Virus record (IMG/VR): IMGVR_UViG_3300017717_000005
Span: 1 to 59,849 of that record
Strand: one strand, 5' to 3'
From: a virus
DNA: 59,849 nt
Below the pieces are notes generated by a model. It did not search any database and was not told the DNA's origin. It worked only from the letters and a program-made list of their open reading frames with translations. Positions 57,524 to 59,849 of this stretch are shown here, in pieces. The position numbers were made by a program, and so were the translations under genes. Position 1 is the stretch's first letter, and every line of letters starts with the position of its first letter.

Positions 57524-59710
57524 TTATATCGTTGTCAAAGATACGCACTCTGGGTCAGTCAAGGCGCTGTCAAAAATAATCAGCTGTTTGATGAGCTGCC
57601 TGTTCGGCCTGATAGAGATCTTTTGAAGAAATCTAGCTCCGCTTAGGGCTGACCCTGTGATCTTTTGCGGCGTGCCAGCGTTGTCTCTAAACAGGTCAAA
57701 AGAAGTTCCGTCAACCCTCATCACCCACTTTTTAGTGGTGCTGGTATACTCGCTGGTAATCGGATATGCCAATCCTTCTTGATCGTAAATTCTAAATGAA
57801 TCATTTTCTGCTCCAGTCTTATACCACCTAGGTGTAAAGATTGCATCAGATTGATCCACTTTATCGTTGTCATCAAAGAAGTAATAAAGAATTGTATTTG
57901 TATCTAGGTTTGACGTAGCATCGAAGTCAAATAGAACCGTGTAAGACGTACCAGCGTTGATGTCTTTGATTATCGCATTATCATTTGATCTCGTAGCAGC
58001 ACTCCCGTAAGTAGGGATGTACGATGTGGCGTAGCTGCCTTTTTCAACCTGTGCACCCCAGAACAAAATGTTTCCACCTGAGTCGCCGCTGTTAGTGACA
58101 GTAAGTCCGTCTGCAAGATAAAGTCCGTAACTAGTTCCAACTGCATCAGTTGTGAATGGCACTTCAATTCTTGTCCACTGACTAGTGCTTACGCTAGAAA
58201 AGTAGTTAGTCGCTGCAATTACATCAGCACCACTACCACTCCCAGTGTCAGTATTAAAAACTCTATATCGAGCTCTAGTTGCATCAATGTTTTTTACATA
58301 GAAACTAAATACATAGTTTGTACTCGTTTCTAGAGTAACAATCCTTCTAATAGATCTGTAATTAGCAGTTGCGCTGTATTTAGAAGCGTTTTTAGTTCCA
58401 TCTGGACTGATGCTATGATTCTGAGTAAAAGAGAATACAGAGTTCGCATTACCAGAAAAAGACCATGCCCCAAGGTACTCGCTGTGATCAACAACATTCT
58501 GTCTCTCTGGCTCTAGCAACAAAGTTGCATCACCCCCACTGTAATCATAGCGGGGTTCGTTCTCAAGAACCCCTGCTGTTGAATAAGCAGCCCCCGTTCT
58601 GTCGATGTATGGGGTGGCTACGAGCCCTGCCTCTAGCTGAGCGTTTTGAACAAAGACAGTTCCAGTAGATGCTGAGTTAAAGTTGACGTAAATCTGAACC
58701 AGCTGCGTGGGATCCTTAAACACAACAGAGCATCTATACCATCTATCTGTATCACCAGCGCTACCTGTGATAGCCTCCATGGATGAAGTAACAGCATTCT
58801 CTATAATAGAAGACGTTCCATTCGCAAGGTTAAAATCAGCTCGATCGTCGTTTCCGTTCTGTACATTTGCACCATCGTCAGAGCCGCCTCTTAATGATAT
58901 TGAGCTGGCGGTCCCTGCTTTTGCATACACACTAAATGTAGCAACTCCAGCTGTTTCTGCGACTATTTGCTCTCTTCTTTTGAAAAGATCTGAAGAGTCT
59001 TTATTTAGAAGAAAAGCATTATTGCTTCCGTCGTATCCAGCTTGTCCGCCAGTTACTGTATCGATACGAGTGCTGCCTGATGTGTGTCCCACCCACAAGG
59101 CATTGTCAAAACCATTTGAATACTGAAGGAGGTTCTGTCTCGTCTTCTTGATCAACCCGTCAGCCCCTTCATGCGTAGCTGTCAAGTCGCTGCCACGCAC
59201 AAAGCTGAAGTCGTTAGCTTTCTGTTCTACTTCTCTGACAGAAACATTAGATACAGTGAAGTCATATCCACTGGAAGTGTTCCTAGCAAAGATCAATCTA
59301 TGTGGGTTGGCTGCTGTGTCAGCGACAGTGTGATAGGCGCTGTGCTTGCCAGAAGTTTGGAAAACACCAACCTTATTGCTTTGCCCCTCGCCGCCATCTC
59401 CTACCTTGACAGCTCCTGCTCTAAGCTCAAGCTCAAATGAAACCTTATAGGTTTTTCCAACCTCAAAAACATTGTTCTGATAAACACTGTCAGAACCTCC
59501 TGACAAGCTTGTAACAACAGCAGAGTTGTTTGAAAACGTCACATTAGAGCTACCCTCCCATGTATTCCCTATAGGCGTGTTAAATGTTCCATTCGTAACG
59601 TGCTCATCAACCTTCAGCTTCTCGACTGGCTTGATGTTGTAAGCTACTTCGTCGTTGCCTGCCCCAGCAGCTGCTGAGAAGAATACTTTCGCCTTGTCGT
59701 ATAAGCTCAT
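57524..59710 (-). CDS. tail fibre / receptor-binding protein paralogue A (728 aa), LamG-type jelly-roll modules
   Basis: Shares the same conserved blocks as paralogue B, with divergent segments in between. Confidence 0.65.
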   Translation of the reverse strand: MSLYDKAKVFFSAAAGAGNDEVAYNIKPVEKLKVDEHVTNGTFNTPIGNTWEGSSNVTFSNNSAVVTSLSGGSDSVYQNNVFEVGKTYKVSFELELRAGAVKVGDGGEGQSNKVGVFQTSGKHSAYHTVADTAANPHRLIFARNTSSGYDFTVSNVSVREVEQKANDFSFVRGSDLTATHEGADGLIKKTRQNLLQYSNGFDNALWVGHTSGSTRIDTVTGGQAGYDGSNNAFLLNKDSSDLFKRREQIVAETAGVATFSVYAKAGTASSISLRGGSDDGANVQNGNDDRADFNLANGTSSIIENAVTSSMEAITGSAGDTDRWYRCSVVFKDPTQLVQIYVNFNSASTGTVFVQNAQLEAGLVATPYIDRTGAAYSTAGVLENEPRYDYSGGDATLLLEPERQNVVDHSEYLGAWSFSGNANSVFSFTQNHSISPDGTKNASKYSATANYRSIRRIVTLETSTNYVFSFYVKNIDATRARYRVFNTDTGSGSGADVIAATNYFSSVSTSQWTRIEVPFTTDAVGTSYGLYLADGLTVTNSGDSGGNILFWGAQVEKGSYATSYIPTYGSAATRSNDNAIIKDINAGTSYTVLFDFDATSNLDTNTILYYFFDDNDKVDQSDAIFTPRWYKTGAENDSFRIYDQEGLAYPITSEYTSTTKKWVMRVDGTSFDLFRDNAGTPQKITGSALSGARFLQKISIRPNRQLIKQLIIFDSALTDPECVSLTTI

Positions 59711-59713
59711 TTC

Positions 59714-59849
59714 TTAGAGGCCTTTGCCGAAGATCGGTTCGTAATACACTTTACCCTTTTCGTCTCGGCAAGCCTTGAGACACCTTCCACGATTAACACC
59801 ATCCCGCACATAAGACACGTGCACCCAATCAGGATTATCCGAATCACCA
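59714..59849 (-). CDS. endolysin (peptidase M15), 3' portion of the junction-spanning gene
   Basis: The reading frame continues from position 1 through 59726 to a TAA at 59714-59716 (...YYEPIFGKGL*). Positions 59727..59849 duplicate 1..123. Confidence 0.8.
   Translation of the reverse strand, partial: GDSDNPDWVHVSYVRDGVNRGRCLKACRDEKGKVYYEPIFGKGL
59727..59849. repeat. terminal direct repeat, copy B (identical to 1..123)
   Basis: See copy A. Confidence 0.9.

Noticed and set aside
55223-59710. The paralogous fibre genes read as targets of a diversity-generating retroelement, or as a phase-variable shufflon.
   Set aside because: The genome has no reverse transcriptase and no invertase. I saw no template-repeat/variable-repeat pair with adenine-specific differences. 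The divergence is spread across the proteins.

Overview
This window looks like a complete dsDNA phage genome assembled as a circle. The first 123 nt are identical to the last 123 nt, so the unique length is 59,726 bp. Several features point to a Bacteroidota (probably Flavobacteriia-like) host: start codons lack Shine-Dalgarno sequences, TAnnTTTG (-7 type) promoter boxes recur, one protein carries a T9SS C-terminal sorting domain, and the primase-helicase has a VirE_N/BT4734-like N-terminus. A 760-bp divergent control region (1642..2400) separates two transcription units. The rightward early/replication unit (2401..16546, + strand) holds about 35 mostly tiny genes chained by ATGA overlaps. It also encodes HTH proteins, a DnaA domain-IV-like protein, a recombination module (Rad52/Sak-like SSAP, PD-(D/E)XK exonuclease, SSB), DUF3310, primase-helicase, T7 endonuclease-I-like resolvase, and RNR nrdB/nrdA. 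The leftward late unit is about 45 kb on the - strand, running from 1641 across the contig junction down to 16543. In transcription order it encodes an M15 endolysin (split by the junction), two paralogous LamG-type fibre proteins, tRNA-Arg(UCU), TerL, portal, a collagen/repeat tail fibre, a cluster of small Lys/Gly-rich proteins, scaffold, and MCP. These are followed by tail-tube-like proteins including a 1419-aa protein, internal-core-like proteins including a 3102-aa giant ORF, and finally an unusual five-gene envelope-targeted cassette. No integrase, RNA polymerase, CRISPR array or reverse transcriptase was recognised. The best candidate for something new is the cassette at 16543..20801. 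It comprises a holin-like protein, a Sec plus T9SS-sorted Cys-rich modular protein, a signal-peptide beta-barrel-like protein, a TM coiled-coil protein, and a secreted thioredoxin-fold protein lacking CxxC. Other notable points are a duplicated 54-nt hairpin element and a conserved AAACTTCAA leader motif in the early region, and an invariant TATATTTGC late promoter box that often sits 4-5 nt from the ATG, implying leaderless mRNAs. All functional calls rest on motif recognition by eye and gene order; no database search was run.
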